Positions 35,662 through 45,659 are shown, counted from the first letter of the stretch. The stretch is 64,000 bases of DNA from Limisphaerales bacterium (GCA_965227305.1 OZ245740.1:9449524-9513523), one strand, 5' to 3'. Program-made: numbers and translations. Notes: generated from the sequence alone by a model not told the origin.

Positions 35662-37179
35662 ATGAAACGGAATAAACCCCCTGTGCCCGACGCGATCGGG
35701 AAGCGAATACTCGATCGCCGAGAATTCCTCACCACGACGGCTTCCGGCATTGGCGCCTTGGGATTGGGTGCGTTGCTCTCGGAGGAAGGTGTTTTGGGCG
35801 CGCCGAGTCAAGGCAGGGTGGCCGACGTCAATCCGTTGGCCCCGCGGCCGTCCCATTTTGAGCCGCAGGCCAAGGCGTGTATCTCGATCTTCATGGCCGG
35901 AGCGCCGTCGCAGTTGGACCTGTTTGACCCCAAACCGCGGTTGAACGCGCTCCACGGGGAATCCTTACCGAAGTCGATACTCGATCAGGCTCGCTTCGCT
36001 TTCATCAAACCCGATACCGCCACTCTCATGGGCACTCAGCGGACCTTCAAGCCACATGGCCAGTGTGGCATGGAGTTTAGTGATCTGCTCCCGCATCTCG
36101 GATCCTGCGCCGATGATCTGTTGATGATTCGCTCCATGCAGTCCGAGGAGTTCAATCACCACCCCGGACAGTTGGCGATGCAATGTGGCGTTTCTCGCTT
36201 TGGCATGCCGTCGATGGGGGCGTGGACGACCTATGCCCTGGGCAGTGAGTCGGAGAATTTACCCGGCTATGTGGTGCTCACGGCGGGTCGCGGTTCCAGC
36301 GGAGGTGCAACGCTGTGGCAGAGCGGTTTTCTCCCATCGACCTACGGCGGCGTGCTCTTTAGGAATCAAGGGGAACCGGTGCTGAATCTGAAGTCTCCGG
36401 ACGGCTTGCCACCAAGCTTGCAGCGGCGTGGGTTGGATGTGCTGAAACAGATCAATCAGAACCGATATCAAGAAGTGCATGATCCGGAGATTGCGGCGCG
36501 GATCGCGAACTACGAGTTGGCGGCACGGATGCAGTTAGCGGCGCCCGAGTTAATTGATCTTTCGAGCGAATCTGAGAAGACCTTGGAACAATACGGTGTG
36601 GGACGTCCCGAGCCCGAGGGGAAGAACTATCGCGGTACCTTGCCGCATCTGAAAACCTACGACGCCTTTGCTCGCAATTGCCTGCTGGCGCGTCGGCTGG
36701 TGGAGCGCGGCGTGCGTTTTGTGAACATCGTTCATGCTTCTTGGGACCAGCACAGTGAGCTGGACAAGAATATCACTTATAACGCGGGTGCTGTGGATCA
36801 ACCCATCGCGGCTTTGATTCGAGATCTGAAGGATCGCGGGATGTTGGATAGCACGATGGTGGCTTGGGCTGCTGAGTTTGGTCGCACGCCGTTGGGTGAG
36901 AATCGGCCGGGACGGGACAGCAATACCGGGCGTGATCACCATCCGCTCGCCTACACGACCCTGTTGGCGGGTGGTGGTATCCGAGGGGGGCAGATTTATG
37001 GCGAGACGGATGAGATCGGTTGGGGGGTGGCGGACAAACCGGTCCATGTGAACGATTATCATGCGACCATGCTGCATTGCTTTGGCTTGGATCACTTGCG
37101 GTTGACGCATCGATTCCAGGGCCGCGATTTCCGGCTCACCGATGTCGGCGGGCGGGTTATTGAAGACTGGTTGGCCTGA
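35662..37179 (+). CDS. DUF1501 (sulfatase/alkaline-phosphatase-like) protein with a Tat signal
   Basis: Twin-arginine motif DRREFLTTTASGIGALGLGAL. DUF1501-like blocks SIFMAGAPSQLDLFDPKP and GRDHHPLAYTTLLAGGGIRGGQIYGETDE. It starts 4 nt after the PSD1 stop, the classic PSD1-DUF1501 pairing. Confidence 0.88.
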   Translation: MKRNKPPVPDAIGKRILDRREFLTTTASGIGALGLGALLSEEGVLGAPSQGRVADVNPLAPRPSHFEPQAKACISIFMAGAPSQLDLFDPKPRLNALHGESLPKSILDQARFAFIKPDTATLMGTQRTFKPHGQCGMEFSDLLPHLGSCADDLLMIRSMQSEEFNHHPGQLAMQCGVSRFGMPSMGAWTTYALGSESENLPGYVVLTAGRGSSGGATLWQSGFLPSTYGGVLFRNQGEPVLNLKSPDGLPPSLQRRGLDVLKQINQNRYQEVHDPEIAARIANYELAARMQLAAPELIDLSSESEKTLEQYGVGRPEPEGKNYRGTLPHLKTYDAFARNCLLARRLVERGVRFVNIVHASWDQHSELDKNITYNAGAVDQPIAALIRDLKDRGMLDSTMVAWAAEFGRTPLGENRPGRDSNTGRDHHPLAYTTLLAGGGIRGGQIYGETDEIGWGVADKPVHVNDYHATMLHCFGLDHLRLTHRFQGRDFRLTDVGGRVIEDWLA

Positions 37180-37195
37180 GCGGGGATAAGCGATT

Positions 37196-37951
37196 TTGGA
37201 CCAAGCTTATTGGGATGCCCTGGCCCCGACGTTCGGGGATGACGTGATGGAGGTTGGGAGCCTCGATCTTCAGGGGCGCTTGGTGGCGGCCTTGGATCGA
37301 GTGGCTTCTCCGCGGCGTTCGGTTGCTGATCTGGGTTGCGGCCGAGGGGTGATGATACCGGCGCTTCTGAAACGCTTTCGATCGGTGACCGCCGTTGATT
37401 TTTCTGCGGAGCTTTTGGCCCTGGCTCGGAAGCAATTTTCGGAATCCAAGCAACTGCGTTACCGCCAACTCAACCTAGCGAGCGAGAAGGGGTGGGGGTG
37501 GACGGCCGATGTGGTCTTGTGTGTGAGCGTGTTGATTGTGGCCAATCGAGCGCGGTTGCGACGCTTTGGCGATACCATTGCCCGGACGGTTCGCCGGGGC
37601 GGGACGCTAATTCTTACCGTGCCGGCGCTTGAGTCCCACCTGCATGTTTATCATACGCTGGTGCACTTGCGGGAGACGTTGGGTGGGGATCAAGGAATGT
37701 CAATGGCAGTGGCGCGGCGCTGGGTGGCTCGGGAAGTGCCCTCCGTATTGGACGGTGCCGTGGCGATTGACGGGGTGCCGACCAAGCATTGGATGCGGGA
37801 AGAGATCGTGCGCTTCGTGCAGCAGGCGGGATTGCGGGTTACAGATGTCGAGCGGGTGGAGTATCCCTGGACCTCTGAGCTTATCGATCCACCGAAGTCA
37901 TTGGGTGGGCCCTATCCCTGGGATTGGTTGGTTGTGGCCCGCCGCCGGTGA
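37196..37951 (+). CDS. Class I SAM-dependent methyltransferase
   Basis: Motif I VADLGCGRGVMIPALL. TTG start at 37196, with an alternative ATG at 37247. It lies 17 nt after the DUF1501 gene. Confidence 0.7.
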   Translation: MDQAYWDALAPTFGDDVMEVGSLDLQGRLVAALDRVASPRRSVADLGCGRGVMIPALLKRFRSVTAVDFSAELLALARKQFSESKQLRYRQLNLASEKGWGWTADVVLCVSVLIVANRARLRRFGDTIARTVRRGGTLILTVPALESHLHVYHTLVHLRETLGGDQGMSMAVARRWVAREVPSVLDGAVAIDGVPTKHWMREEIVRFVQQAGLRVTDVERVEYPWTSELIDPPKSLGGPYPWDWLVVARRR

Positions 37952-37970
37952 CGGGAATCTCGTTGGTCTG

Positions 37971-40199
37971 TCAGTTGCTTTCGGTTAGGTGTTCCGAACG
38001 GCCCCGAATACTGGCGATCGCTTTCTGTGCCCGCGGGCGAAGATAGGGGGACCGACTCTCGCTGATAGTTTCGAGGTATGGAAGGGCTGAACTGGCAATC
38101 GGTCCCAGTATGCCGAGCGCTTCAATCGCATACCCCTGAACGTTGTCCCGTGTCGTCTGAGCCAGGTGAAGTAGGAGTGTAACCGTCTTTTCGCTGGGTG
38201 GTTCGATCAGGCTAATAGCAATCGTTGCTGCTTGGGAGCGCCGGTCGAGGTAGTTGATCTCCATCTCGCGCAGAAGGGGTAGAGCGTCACGAGCGGCACT
38301 TCGGTAGGCTCCGAGTGAGATTGCGGCGGATTCTTGCAGGCTTTCATGGGAATCGCTGATCGCACGGGTGAGGGCCGGGATCGCGATATCTGGGTGTCGG
38401 GCAATTTTGCCGATCGCGGTCGCCGTGGTGGTTCGCACCGCGTTGGGACGAGTAAAGGTGAGTTCGACTCCGCCGAAACCCTGAGGTTTCCGAGTCTTAG
38501 CAAGAATGGCTTGGCGGCGATCGACATCCGCCAGATCGAGAAGGATCTCTGTTAGGCGTGGCACGGTCGATTCCGCTTTGGGACCATAGTGAGCGAGTCC
38601 TCGGATGGCTGCATCGCGGATCTCATCGTCGGGATCATCGAGATACGAGTAAAGCAATGGGATGCCGGACGCTGCGGGTTCGCCGAGTTGAGGGATCGCG
38701 TGGAGTGCGGCCGCGCGGACTTTGGGGTTCGGTTTCTGGAGAGCTTGGTGGACCTTGGGGAGTGCTCTCCGGGCAGCCCGTCCCAGATCGCCGAGGGCAG
38801 AGACGACGTACTGCGGGACGAAGTGTGGTTCGTGCTCAAGAAGAGCTGTGAGGGCATCGATCAATCGATCGGATGGCTCGGGGAGTTGAGTGTGAGCGAG
38901 CGCCGCCACTACTTGGATTTGCCCTCTCAGATCGGCGCCGGATAAAATCTGAAGGAACGTGGGTTCGTAGGCTTGTTCCTCCGACGGGGCAATCGCGGAG
39001 AGTGCCACCGCGAGCTGGACACGGAGTGATTCCATTGAAGGTTCATCTAAAAGCGTTTTCAGCGGTTCGGTTGCTGCGTGTCCCACGGTTCCCATTCGTT
39101 GGATCGTTTCGAGGGCTGCGGCTCGCCGGATGGAATTGGGATCTTGGATGATAGCGAGCAGTCCTGGGACGGCGGCTGCACCCAGGTTCTCAAGTGCGTG
39201 CCGATACTGGATGCTGAGTGACGATGAGGGATTGTTGACCCGCTGCCAACACGCAAGGAGCAACTGGCTGTGGTCCCTGGGCTCCATTCCGATGGCTGAA
39301 ATGGCTTCGATAACTCCGATGCTGCGATCGTCGGCCGGGTAGCGTGTTAACATCTTCACCAGGATCGGAAGGCACGGTTTTGCTAGGGGACCGATGGAGG
39401 CGATGGCTTCGACGGCGCTGCCCATGAGCGGTTGCGGCGGGTTTTCTTGGATAATCGCTTGGCATTCGGGAACTGCGGCGGCGGCCGCGGGGCCGATTTC
39501 TACGATCAGATCGAGTGCGTGACGGCGTAGCGGTTCCTCGCGATTGCGTAGCAGGATCCTCACTTGCGGGACGCATGGGGCGGCTTCGCGCTTGAGTTCG
39601 CGGAGGATTTCAAGGGCGAGTTCTCGAATGTTTTCGGCCACCGTCGGGTCGGAAAACAGGGCTGTGAATTGCGGGAGGATGGTTCGGATACAGGGACCCA
39701 AATGGTGGAAAGCTTCTAGAGCCGTGGTCGCGACGTCGGGGTCGGGATCACGGCCGAGCGCAATGAGACGAGGCGCGGCATGACCGGCAGGGTATCCGAT
39801 TCGACCCAGCGCGCGGGCGCTTGCTTGACGCACGACCGGGCTGGGATGGCTCAGGCCTGGCAACAGATGCTCGCTGGTCGGGGCGGCAATGGTTCCCGCC
39901 CGCTCGTAGACGCGCAGGGCAAATTCCCTTTGGTCGGGGACTGGTTTCGTATCGTTTCGGTTTCCGAGAATCAATGATGGGAGGAAGCTGGGCGCATGCT
40001 TGATGTGCGGTTCCAAGGCCGGGCGACTCCGGTGGCGTTCAACCTGGGTGTGTGAACGGAGTAGTGTTTCGCAGGCTTCGAGAAATTCGCTGTTGGATCC
40101 GGCTGTGAGCGCAGTGGCTCCGATAATGAAGAGAAGCAAGGCGAGCAGTTGCCGGCTGGGGTTTGGCGACCGGAGCGGGATAACTAGGAGCGAGCGCAT
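37971..40199 (-). CDS. HEAT/PBS-lyase-repeat protein with an N-terminal signal or anchor
   Basis: 742 aa with many HEAT-like units (VRQASARALGRIG, VRAAALHAIPQLG, IRDAAIRGLAHYG, LRPRAQKAIASI). The N-terminus is LLALLLFIIGATALTAG. Confidence 0.75.
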   Translation of the reverse strand: MRSLLVIPLRSPNPSRQLLALLLFIIGATALTAGSNSEFLEACETLLRSHTQVERHRSRPALEPHIKHAPSFLPSLILGNRNDTKPVPDQREFALRVYERAGTIAAPTSEHLLPGLSHPSPVVRQASARALGRIGYPAGHAAPRLIALGRDPDPDVATTALEAFHHLGPCIRTILPQFTALFSDPTVAENIRELALEILRELKREAAPCVPQVRILLRNREEPLRRHALDLIVEIGPAAAAAVPECQAIIQENPPQPLMGSAVEAIASIGPLAKPCLPILVKMLTRYPADDRSIGVIEAISAIGMEPRDHSQLLLACWQRVNNPSSSLSIQYRHALENLGAAAVPGLLAIIQDPNSIRRAAALETIQRMGTVGHAATEPLKTLLDEPSMESLRVQLAVALSAIAPSEEQAYEPTFLQILSGADLRGQIQVVAALAHTQLPEPSDRLIDALTALLEHEPHFVPQYVVSALGDLGRAARRALPKVHQALQKPNPKVRAAALHAIPQLGEPAASGIPLLYSYLDDPDDEIRDAAIRGLAHYGPKAESTVPRLTEILLDLADVDRRQAILAKTRKPQGFGGVELTFTRPNAVRTTTATAIGKIARHPDIAIPALTRAISDSHESLQESAAISLGAYRSAARDALPLLREMEINYLDRRSQAATIAISLIEPPSEKTVTLLLHLAQTTRDNVQGYAIEALGILGPIASSALPYLETISESRSPYLRPRAQKAIASIRGRSEHLTESN

Positions 40200-40297
40200 G
40201 GGTTTGAATCGGGTTCAATTCTGTCTGAGCTATCTTAGCAACGTTGGCTGGCAGAGTTCCTTAGTTATTTGTGGTGCGTGCATCCACACTGTGGGCT

Positions 40298-40408
40298 GGT
40301 GGGGCGAGCGTACCCGCGAGCCGTTCCAACCCGGCGCATTCTTCGGAGCCGGTGGCGTTTTGCGGACGCTTCTCTTGCCCAACGGCTCGCGGGTACGCTC
40401 GCCCCACC
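40298..40408. repeat. Palindromic intergenic repeat, copy d
   Basis: Perfect 28-nt arms: ggtggggcgagcgtacccgcgagccgtt (40298-40325) and aacggctcgcgggtacgctcgccccacc (40381-40408). It lies in the divergent HEAT / DUF1559 region. Confidence 0.9.
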
Positions 40409-40466
40409 GGGGCTCGCCCGACCTTTTCTTGACATTCATTTGGGGTGTCGGGAGATTGGTTTCCTC

Positions 40467-41297
40467 ATGAAAGCTACCCGTGTTCCCACCAGCCGCTTGG
40501 GCTTTACGTTGATTGAGTTGTTGGTTGTGATTGCCATCATCGCGATCCTGGCCGGTATGTTGTTGCCGGCGTTGGGCAAAGCCAAGGCCAAGGGGCAGGG
40601 GATCGCCTGCTTGAACAATTTGAAGCAGTTGCAGCTGGCGCACCTCATGTATCCGGACGATAACAATGACTTTTTGACCAAACCGGGTAATAGCGGGGAC
40701 GAACTTTATGCCTGGGTTGGCGGGTGGATCGACTACAACGCCGGCAACACGGATAACACGAATATCCAAGATCTGCTGGATCCCGAACGGGCGATGTTTG
40801 CTCCCTACCTGCCTTCCGTGAAGGTGTATCACTGTCCGGCCGATAAGAGCTACGTGACGATCCGTGGAAAGCGGCACAGTCGAATCCGAAGCATGGGGAT
40901 GAGTCAGGCGATGGGTGGTCCTGGAGTTTGGCTCTCGCCCGGTGCCACGAAGTATCGGGCATTTATCAAAAGCTCGGATATCAACATCGCGGGACCTTCC
41001 AATATGTATGTCTTGTTGGATGAGCATCCGGATAGCATTAACGCCGGCGGTTTTGCAAACCAGATGGTGGAAAGTCCGGGCAGTGCCCGCATCATCGATT
41101 ATCCGGCGAGTTACCACAATGGGGCGGCGGGACTCTCGTTTGCGGACGGGCATGCCGAGATCAAAAAGTGGCTGGATCCGCGGACGGTCTTGCCCGTGCA
41201 AAACAAATTGATGCCGCTCAACGTCGCCTCAGCCAACAATCGAGATATGATTTGGTTGGCGGAACGGACGACGATTCCCGTCAATGCCAACAACTGA
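40467..41297 (+). CDS. DUF1559-type prepilin-like protein (N-terminal cleavage/methylation domain, H-X9-DG motif)
   Basis: The start is taken at the ATG at 40467. [12 protein letters not shown]|[43 protein letters not shown]. The C-terminal [16 protein letters not shown] is H-X9-DG. The antisense track ORF 40230..41201 is rejected. Confidence 0.88.
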   Translation: MKATRVPTSRLGFTLIELLVVIAIIAILAGMLLPALGKAKAKGQGIACLNNLKQLQLAHLMYPDDNNDFLTKPGNSGDELYAWVGGWIDYNAGNTDNTNIQDLLDPERAMFAPYLPSVKVYHCPADKSYVTIRGKRHSRIRSMGMSQAMGGPGVWLSPGATKYRAFIKSSDINIAGPSNMYVLLDEHPDSINAGGFANQMVESPGSARIIDYPASYHNGAAGLSFADGHAEIKKWLDPRTVLPVQNKLMPLNVASANNRDMIWLAERTTIPVNANN

Positions 41298-42513
41298 TCG
41301 TGGTGTGAGTGCGTCGAACGCTGCTGCTCCGGATGCGGAGCTGAGTCGCGCGGGGGATCGGTGCCGGGACGCGCTGGTAAGCGATGTCATTCCGTTTTGG
41401 TTTCCGCGGTGCCTGGATCGTGAGCACGGTGGGTTTCTACACTCACTGGATCGGGATGGGAGCGTGCTCGACACGGACAAATCCGTTTGGGCGCAGGGGA
41501 GGATGTCCTGGATGTTGCTGACGCTGTTTGCCGAGCTTGAGCCGCGTTCCGAGTGGTTGGAGGCGGCCGAACGCGGTTTGGCGTTCCTGGATCAGCATTG
41601 TTTTGACACAGATGGTCGGATGTTTTTCCACGTCGCGCGCGATGGAACCGCAATTCGGAAACGCCGCTATGCCTTCAGCGAATCCTTTGCCGCCATTGCG
41701 TATGCGGCGCACTACGGCGTGACGAAGAACGAGGCCTCGGCCGCTCAAGCGCGAGTGCTTTTCGATAGTTTTGTGCGTTGGCATTTTACTCCTGGGCTCA
41801 TTCCCCCGAAGTTTACGGATGCGCGTCCTATGGCCGGGCTCGGGCCGTACATGATAGCCTTGGTGACCGCTCAGGAGTTGCGCAAGCACTTGGGGGAGGA
41901 TTTGACCCTAGAGAGTTGGATCGATCGATGCCTCAATGAGATCGAAACGCTCTTCGTGCGCGAGGACCTTGAAGTGGTGATGGAGACCGTTGGGGCGGAT
42001 GGTGAGCTGTTGGACCACTTTGACGGGCGTCTCTTAAACCCGGGACACGCAATCGAAGCGGCGTGGTTTATTATGGAAGAAGGCCGAGTTCGCCGTGCGG
42101 ATGCCCTGGTGAAGCTCGGAACGCAGATGTTGGATTGGATGTGGACCCGTGGCTGGGATTCAGAGTACGGGGGGCTTTTCTACTTCCGGGATCTGCACGG
42201 AAAGCCCGTCCAGGAATACTGGCACGACATGAAATTCTGGTGGCCGCATAACGAGGCCATGATTGCCACCTTGATGGCCTACCGACTGTCCGGGGAAGGA
42301 CGGTTTCGAGAGCGATTTCTGACCGTGTGTGACTGGAGTTTCGAGCATTTTTCCGATCCGACCCACGGAGAATGGTATGGATACCTCCGCCGGGACGGGG
42401 CGGTTTCGCTGAGTTTGAAAGGGAATCTGTGGAAAAGTTGCTTTCATCTTCCCCGAAGTCTTCTCCTGTGTTCGCAGCTGGCCGGAGCGAGTCAAACGTC
42501 TGATTCGGTCTAA
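41284..42513 (+). CDS. N-acylglucosamine 2-epimerase (AGE / renin-binding-protein family)
   Basis: AGE blocks are present: [95 protein letters not shown]. It overlaps the DUF1559 gene by 14 nt. Confidence 0.88.
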   Translation: MPTTDRGVSASNAAAPDAELSRAGDRCRDALVSDVIPFWFPRCLDREHGGFLHSLDRDGSVLDTDKSVWAQGRMSWMLLTLFAELEPRSEWLEAAERGLAFLDQHCFDTDGRMFFHVARDGTAIRKRRYAFSESFAAIAYAAHYGVTKNEASAAQARVLFDSFVRWHFTPGLIPPKFTDARPMAGLGPYMIALVTAQELRKHLGEDLTLESWIDRCLNEIETLFVREDLEVVMETVGADGELLDHFDGRLLNPGHAIEAAWFIMEEGRVRRADALVKLGTQMLDWMWTRGWDSEYGGLFYFRDLHGKPVQEYWHDMKFWWPHNEAMIATLMAYRLSGEGRFRERFLTVCDWSFEHFSDPTHGEWYGYLRRDGAVSLSLKGNLWKSCFHLPRSLLLCSQLAGASQTSDSV

Positions 42514-42642
42514 ATTCGCCACTCTTCCGTAACCTATCCGTCGCAGCGTGCGTCTGCTCCGTTGAATGGTCCCATCGCCGCCGTTGAATCGGCTGTTCCG
42601 AGCGGAAATCCGCAGGGACCGGTTTGAGAAAGGTTCAATTTG

Positions 42643-44613
42643 ATGAAAAACAGCATTTTCGTTCACTTGCTACTCGGTGCCGCCCTGGTGGGAGTGAGCT
42701 TGGACGTGTCGGCGCAACGAGGCGGGCGTGGTGGCCGTGGAGGTTTTCCTGGGGGCGGTGAGGGTAGCGGAAAACGGATCGAACCCGAGGATCTGACCTT
42801 CGACTTGGGCATGGCCGCGATCCCGGATCGAGAGACTTTTGAGAAGCTCTCCTACCAGGGCCCGGACGTGATGCGGGATTCGTATTTGGCGGATCTTGAG
42901 TTCGTCAAATTCATCATCGAGAATTTTGATACCCCCAAGGCCAAGGTGTATTTCATGAACACCAACAACCACCGGGCCCACCCGCGTTTCATGCCCGAAG
43001 TTGGGATTGATCGCCAAGGTGCGGTGCGCGGAGCGATTACCTATCTCCCAAGACTGACGGCGCCGGATAAGAGCCCGGGACTCTACATCATCGATTTTCA
43101 GCCCAACGATTCCTACACCTTTGAAGAGATTCAGAAAGTCGTGGGCTATCTGTCCGCCAAAATGCCGATTCTCAATGGGAAGGTAGCCTTCCACCCCTTG
43201 CGCGGCAATCTAGACCAAGCGGAGCGTGATCGCGCCAAATACAAGGCCGCGAATCTGGCGGTGCATTATGACGAGGATCTCTATACGAATATTTCCTACC
43301 TCCCGTTGAACATGGCGGAATCGTTTGGGCGCTTGCGAGTCATGGAAAACGAAGCGCGACCCTCGCCGCGCGATGTCGTGATCTATAAGACTCTGCCGAA
43401 CCAGATGCCGCGCGTGGCTGGCGTGATCACGGAAGTGCGTCAGACGCCGCTTTCTCACGTGAATCTCCGGGCGGTGCAGGACAAGATTCCGAACGCCTTT
43501 ATCAATGGTGCCTTGGGGTTGAGCGATGTGAAGTCGCTGATCGGTAAATGGGTGCACTACAAAGTGACGCCGCAGGGTTATTCGCTGAAGGAAGCCAAGC
43601 CGGATCAAGTGGATGCGTATTTTGCTAAGTTGCGCCCGAGCGAAGGGCAGAAACCGAAGCGCGATTTGAGTGTCAAAAACGCTCGCCCTCTCAGCCAGGT
43701 TGCGTTCAAAGATGCCGGCGCCTTCGGGGTGAAAGCTGCCAACCTCGGCACCATGTTGACTTTCGATTTGCCGGAAGGCACGGTGCCGACCGGGCAAGCG
43801 ATTCCGTTTCACTTCTACGATGCTTTCATGAAGCACAACGACTTCTATGATCGTGTGGATGCGCTCTTGGAGGATGATTCCGTCCGGTCGGACCCGGACG
43901 AGTTGCGCAAGGCGTTGAAGAAGCTGCGGAAAAAGATGCGTGAAGCGGACATGCCGGCTTGGATGGAAACCGCGTTGACTGCGGCTCAGAAATCATTCGA
44001 TGAGGGGGCTTCGATCCGGTGCCGGTCCAGCACAAACAATGAAGACTTGCCGGGCTTCAGCGGAGCTGGGCTCTATGACTCGTTTACCCATCGCGCAGAT
44101 GAGGGACCGCTTTCGAAATCCATCAAGCAAGTTTTTGCCAGCCTCTGGAATTTCCGTGCCTTTGAAGAGCGGGAGTTTTATCGGATCGATCACAAGTTGG
44201 CTGCCATGGGTGTGTTGCTGCATCCGAACTACAAAGACGAGCAGGCCAATGGTGTGGCGGTGACGGATGACATTCTCTATGAGAGCCAAGGGAACTACTA
44301 CCTCAACACTCAGGTTGGGGAAGACTTGGTGACCAACCCGGATGAGGCCTCGTCACCCGAAGAAGTCTTGTTAGGCTGGTGGCAGGAAGATGGGCACGAA
44401 GTCGTGCGGCGCTCGCTTGCTGCGAAAGGAGACGACACGTTGCTGAAGCCGCAGCACTTGGCGAGCCTTCGGGATCACCTGGCAACGATTCATGCTCGCT
44501 TTCGCGACTTGTATGGGCACAGCAAAGAGGATCAGTTTGCCATGGAAATCGAATACAAGATTTCCAAAGAGGGCACCTTGGTGATCAAGCAAGCCCGTCC
44601 TTGGGTGTTCTAG
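42643..44613 (+). CDS. PEP/pyruvate-binding (PPDK_N, ATP-grasp) domain protein with an apparent Sec signal peptide
   Basis: ATG at 42643 (a TTG lies at 42640). MKNSIFVHLLLGAALVGVSLDVSAQ is followed by RGGRGGRGGFPGGGEGSG. C-terminal half PPDK_N hallmarks: FGVKAANLGTM and IRCRSSTNNEDLPGFSGAGLYDS. Confidence 0.8.
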   Translation: MKNSIFVHLLLGAALVGVSLDVSAQRGGRGGRGGFPGGGEGSGKRIEPEDLTFDLGMAAIPDRETFEKLSYQGPDVMRDSYLADLEFVKFIIENFDTPKAKVYFMNTNNHRAHPRFMPEVGIDRQGAVRGAITYLPRLTAPDKSPGLYIIDFQPNDSYTFEEIQKVVGYLSAKMPILNGKVAFHPLRGNLDQAERDRAKYKAANLAVHYDEDLYTNISYLPLNMAESFGRLRVMENEARPSPRDVVIYKTLPNQMPRVAGVITEVRQTPLSHVNLRAVQDKIPNAFINGALGLSDVKSLIGKWVHYKVTPQGYSLKEAKPDQVDAYFAKLRPSEGQKPKRDLSVKNARPLSQVAFKDAGAFGVKAANLGTMLTFDLPEGTVPTGQAIPFHFYDAFMKHNDFYDRVDALLEDDSVRSDPDELRKALKKLRKKMREADMPAWMETALTAAQKSFDEGASIRCRSSTNNEDLPGFSGAGLYDSFTHRADEGPLSKSIKQVFASLWNFRAFEEREFYRIDHKLAAMGVLLHPNYKDEQANGVAVTDDILYESQGNYYLNTQVGEDLVTNPDEASSPEEVLLGWWQEDGHEVVRRSLAAKGDDTLLKPQHLASLRDHLATIHARFRDLYGHSKEDQFAMEIEYKISKEGTLVIKQARPWVF

Positions 44614-44632
44614 TCCCTTTGAATCCGAATGT

Positions 44633-44684
44633 CGGCAGGAAGATGGGAGCGCGAAACCGTTAGAATCGATCTGTCTTCCTGCCG
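44633..44684. terminator. Hairpin between convergent genes (weak bidirectional terminator candidate)
   Basis: Perfect 11-bp stem: cggcaggaaga (44633-44643) pairs with tcttcctgccg (44674-44684), with a 30-nt loop. There is no U-tract on either strand. Confidence 0.3.
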
Positions 44685-44708
44685 CTCGCCTTCCGCCCAA
44701 TCTCATCG

Positions 44709-45476
44709 CTAGCGGCGTGAGCTTGAGGTCGGGTTGCGAGACAGGATCTGAAAGAGGAATTCGACCTCGGCATTGATCTCTGAGGTGGTTTCCACCGTGT
44801 GGGCGATTTGTGACTCCAAAATGGCGCGGAACTTCTGACGCATCCGGAACACGGTCAGTCGTGCCGCGCTGACACTACATGCGAGCTTGGCGGCGATTTC
44901 TTCGTAGGGGATTCCGGCATTCTTGCCGTAGAGGTGCTCGCTGACTAAGTCGAAGACGTCCGATTTGCCTGCGCTCCGATAGTTGGTCCGCAGACTTTCT
45001 ATTGATCCGTCAATGAGCGTGGATGCCCAAGCGCGAAGGTAGAGGGTTTCCGGGTCTTGACCGGTTTCACTTAACGTCGCTCGATAGTTTTGTTCCCGCT
45101 GTTCGTCGTCGAGTGGGGCAAACTGGATGCCGCCCCCGCGTTTGAGGGCGGATTGTCTCCGAGTCTCGTCGGCGATGAAGTTCTTCAGATCCGTGAGTAG
45201 GAAGGTCCGCAGGCGTCCCCGGTCCGCATCCACCCGGTTTAAGGCTTCTCGCTCCAGTAGGCTGGTGAAGAATCCTTGTGCCAGATCCTCGGCGTCGGCC
45301 GGTGCGTATCCCTTTCGCCGAATGTAGACGTAGATGGGATACCAGTAAGCGCGACAGAGTTCTTCTAAGGCCATCTTGGCATCCTCATCGGGACCTTCCG
45401 TTGCCTGGAGCACCAGGTTCCAACGGGTGGTGGGAAAGGTTGCGGTTCGTTCCGGATGCTGGGGATCGGATGGCAT
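44709..45476 (-). CDS. ECF-type sigma-70 family RNA polymerase sigma factor (PVC type with an N-terminal TxW motif)
   Basis: FPTTRWNLVLQA..., sigma-2 region LCRAYWYPIYVYIRRKGYAPADAEDLAQGFFTSLL, sigma-4 HTH YEEIAAKLACSVSAARLTVFRMRQKFRAIL. Confidence 0.85.
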   Translation of the reverse strand: MPSDPQHPERTATFPTTRWNLVLQATEGPDEDAKMALEELCRAYWYPIYVYIRRKGYAPADAEDLAQGFFTSLLEREALNRVDADRGRLRTFLLTDLKNFIADETRRQSALKRGGGIQFAPLDDEQREQNYRATLSETGQDPETLYLRAWASTLIDGSIESLRTNYRSAGKSDVFDLVSEHLYGKNAGIPYEEIAAKLACSVSAARLTVFRMRQKFRAILESQIAHTVETTSEINAEVEFLFQILSRNPTSSSRR

Positions 45477-45547
45477 GGGGGATTTCGTTTCCCCATAAGT
45501 GCCATATCGAAGCGCAGTCGTGAAGCGGGAATTGTACGTGCCGGTGC

Positions 45548-45659
45548 GGTGGGGCGAGCGTACTCGCGAGCCGTTCTTGATTCGAGCGATTGGGGGACAC
45601 TGTGGTGTTTTTTAGGTCGCTGCTTTTGCCCAGCGGCTCGCGGGTACGCTCGCCCTACC
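45548..45659. repeat. Palindromic intergenic repeat, copy e
   Basis: Arms ggtggggcgagcgtactcgcgagccgtt (45548-45575) and agcggctcgcgggtacgctcgccctacc (45632-45659), with a few mismatches. It lies between the giant gene's stop and the sigma-factor start. Confidence 0.85.

Noticed and set aside
40230-41201. A 323-aa minus-strand ORF overlapping the DUF1559 gene.
   Set aside because: The plus-strand frame encodes the unmistakable prepilin N-terminus [25 protein letters not shown] and an H-X9-DG motif. The minus-strand product is Arg/His/Pro-rich low-information sequence and starts inside repeat copy d.
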